Of a stretch of DNA of 32,000 bases, positions 31,955-32,000 are shown one piece after another; the stretch's first letter is position 1; every line of letters starts with the position of its first letter. Position numbers and translations under genes: made by a program. Below the pieces are notes generated by a model that did no database searches, had not been told where the DNA came from, and saw only the letters and a program-made list of their open reading frames with translations. The stretch is from Candidatus Saccharimonadota bacterium (GTDB taxonomy: Bacteria > Pseudomonadota > Gammaproteobacteria > Enterobacterales > Enterobacteriaceae): assembly GCF_004296515.1 (NCBI RefSeq), contig NZ_AP018160.1, positions 194,300 to 226,299 on the forward strand, given 5' to 3'.

Positions 31955-32000
31955 AATAAATATTATTTTATAATTAATTACATAATTAAATAATAATTAT

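Noticed and set aside
31955-32000. Region upstream of rpmH considered as dnaA/oriC-proximal sequence (rpmH is divergent from dnaA in E. coli)
   Set aside because: Only 46 nt are visible, with no DnaA-box-like TTATCCACA. Nothing can be concluded from this window.

Overview
This window is extremely AT-rich, tightly packed core chromosome from a highly reduced gammaproteobacterium of Enterobacterales ancestry. It is almost certainly an obligate insect endosymbiont with a Buchnera/Blochmannia/Wigglesworthia-like lifestyle, but I cannot name the taxon from sequence alone. By my tally of the gaps, only about 1.2 kb of the 32 kb lies outside called genes. I call 35 protein genes, all housekeeping: ribosomal proteins, translation and transcription factors, RNA modification and decay, the FtsH and HslUV proteases, PBP2/RodA, TpiA and Ppa. 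There is one complete rrs-tRNA-Ala-rrl-rrf operon followed by tRNA-Trp, plus tRNA-Leu(GAG) and the initiator tRNA-fMet. Two short genes missing from the ORF track were found by hand: rpmG (7189-7365) and rpmH (31805-31954). The genetic code looks standard: TGA ends rodA and rpmA, and tRNA-Trp has anticodon CCA. Gene order is a deletion skeleton of E. coli order. The run rplU-rpmA-obgE-greA-rlmE-ftsH-secG-leuU-metY-nusA-infB-rbfA-truB-rpsO-pnp-deaD is fully collinear, with the dispensable genes excised. I find no mobile elements, CRISPR, prophage, toxin-antitoxin, defence or secondary-metabolite genes. Every ORF of 60 aa or more is either an assignable housekeeping gene or an antisense/rRNA-embedded artefact, so I do not see a novel multi-gene system here. 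The items worth a second look are small. First, a 22-bp perfect hairpin lies between tRNA-fMet and nusA. Second, an SD-equipped 6-codon mini-ORF ends in ATGA on the greA start. Third, yidD-yidC, folP-glmM, priB, hfq/mutL and rimP are cleanly absent from their conserved slots. Fourth, none of the tRNA genes encodes CCA. Fifth, proS and rpsR carry 12-14 nt poly(A) runs. Sixth, Obg, NusA, IF2 and TruB show domain-level erosion.
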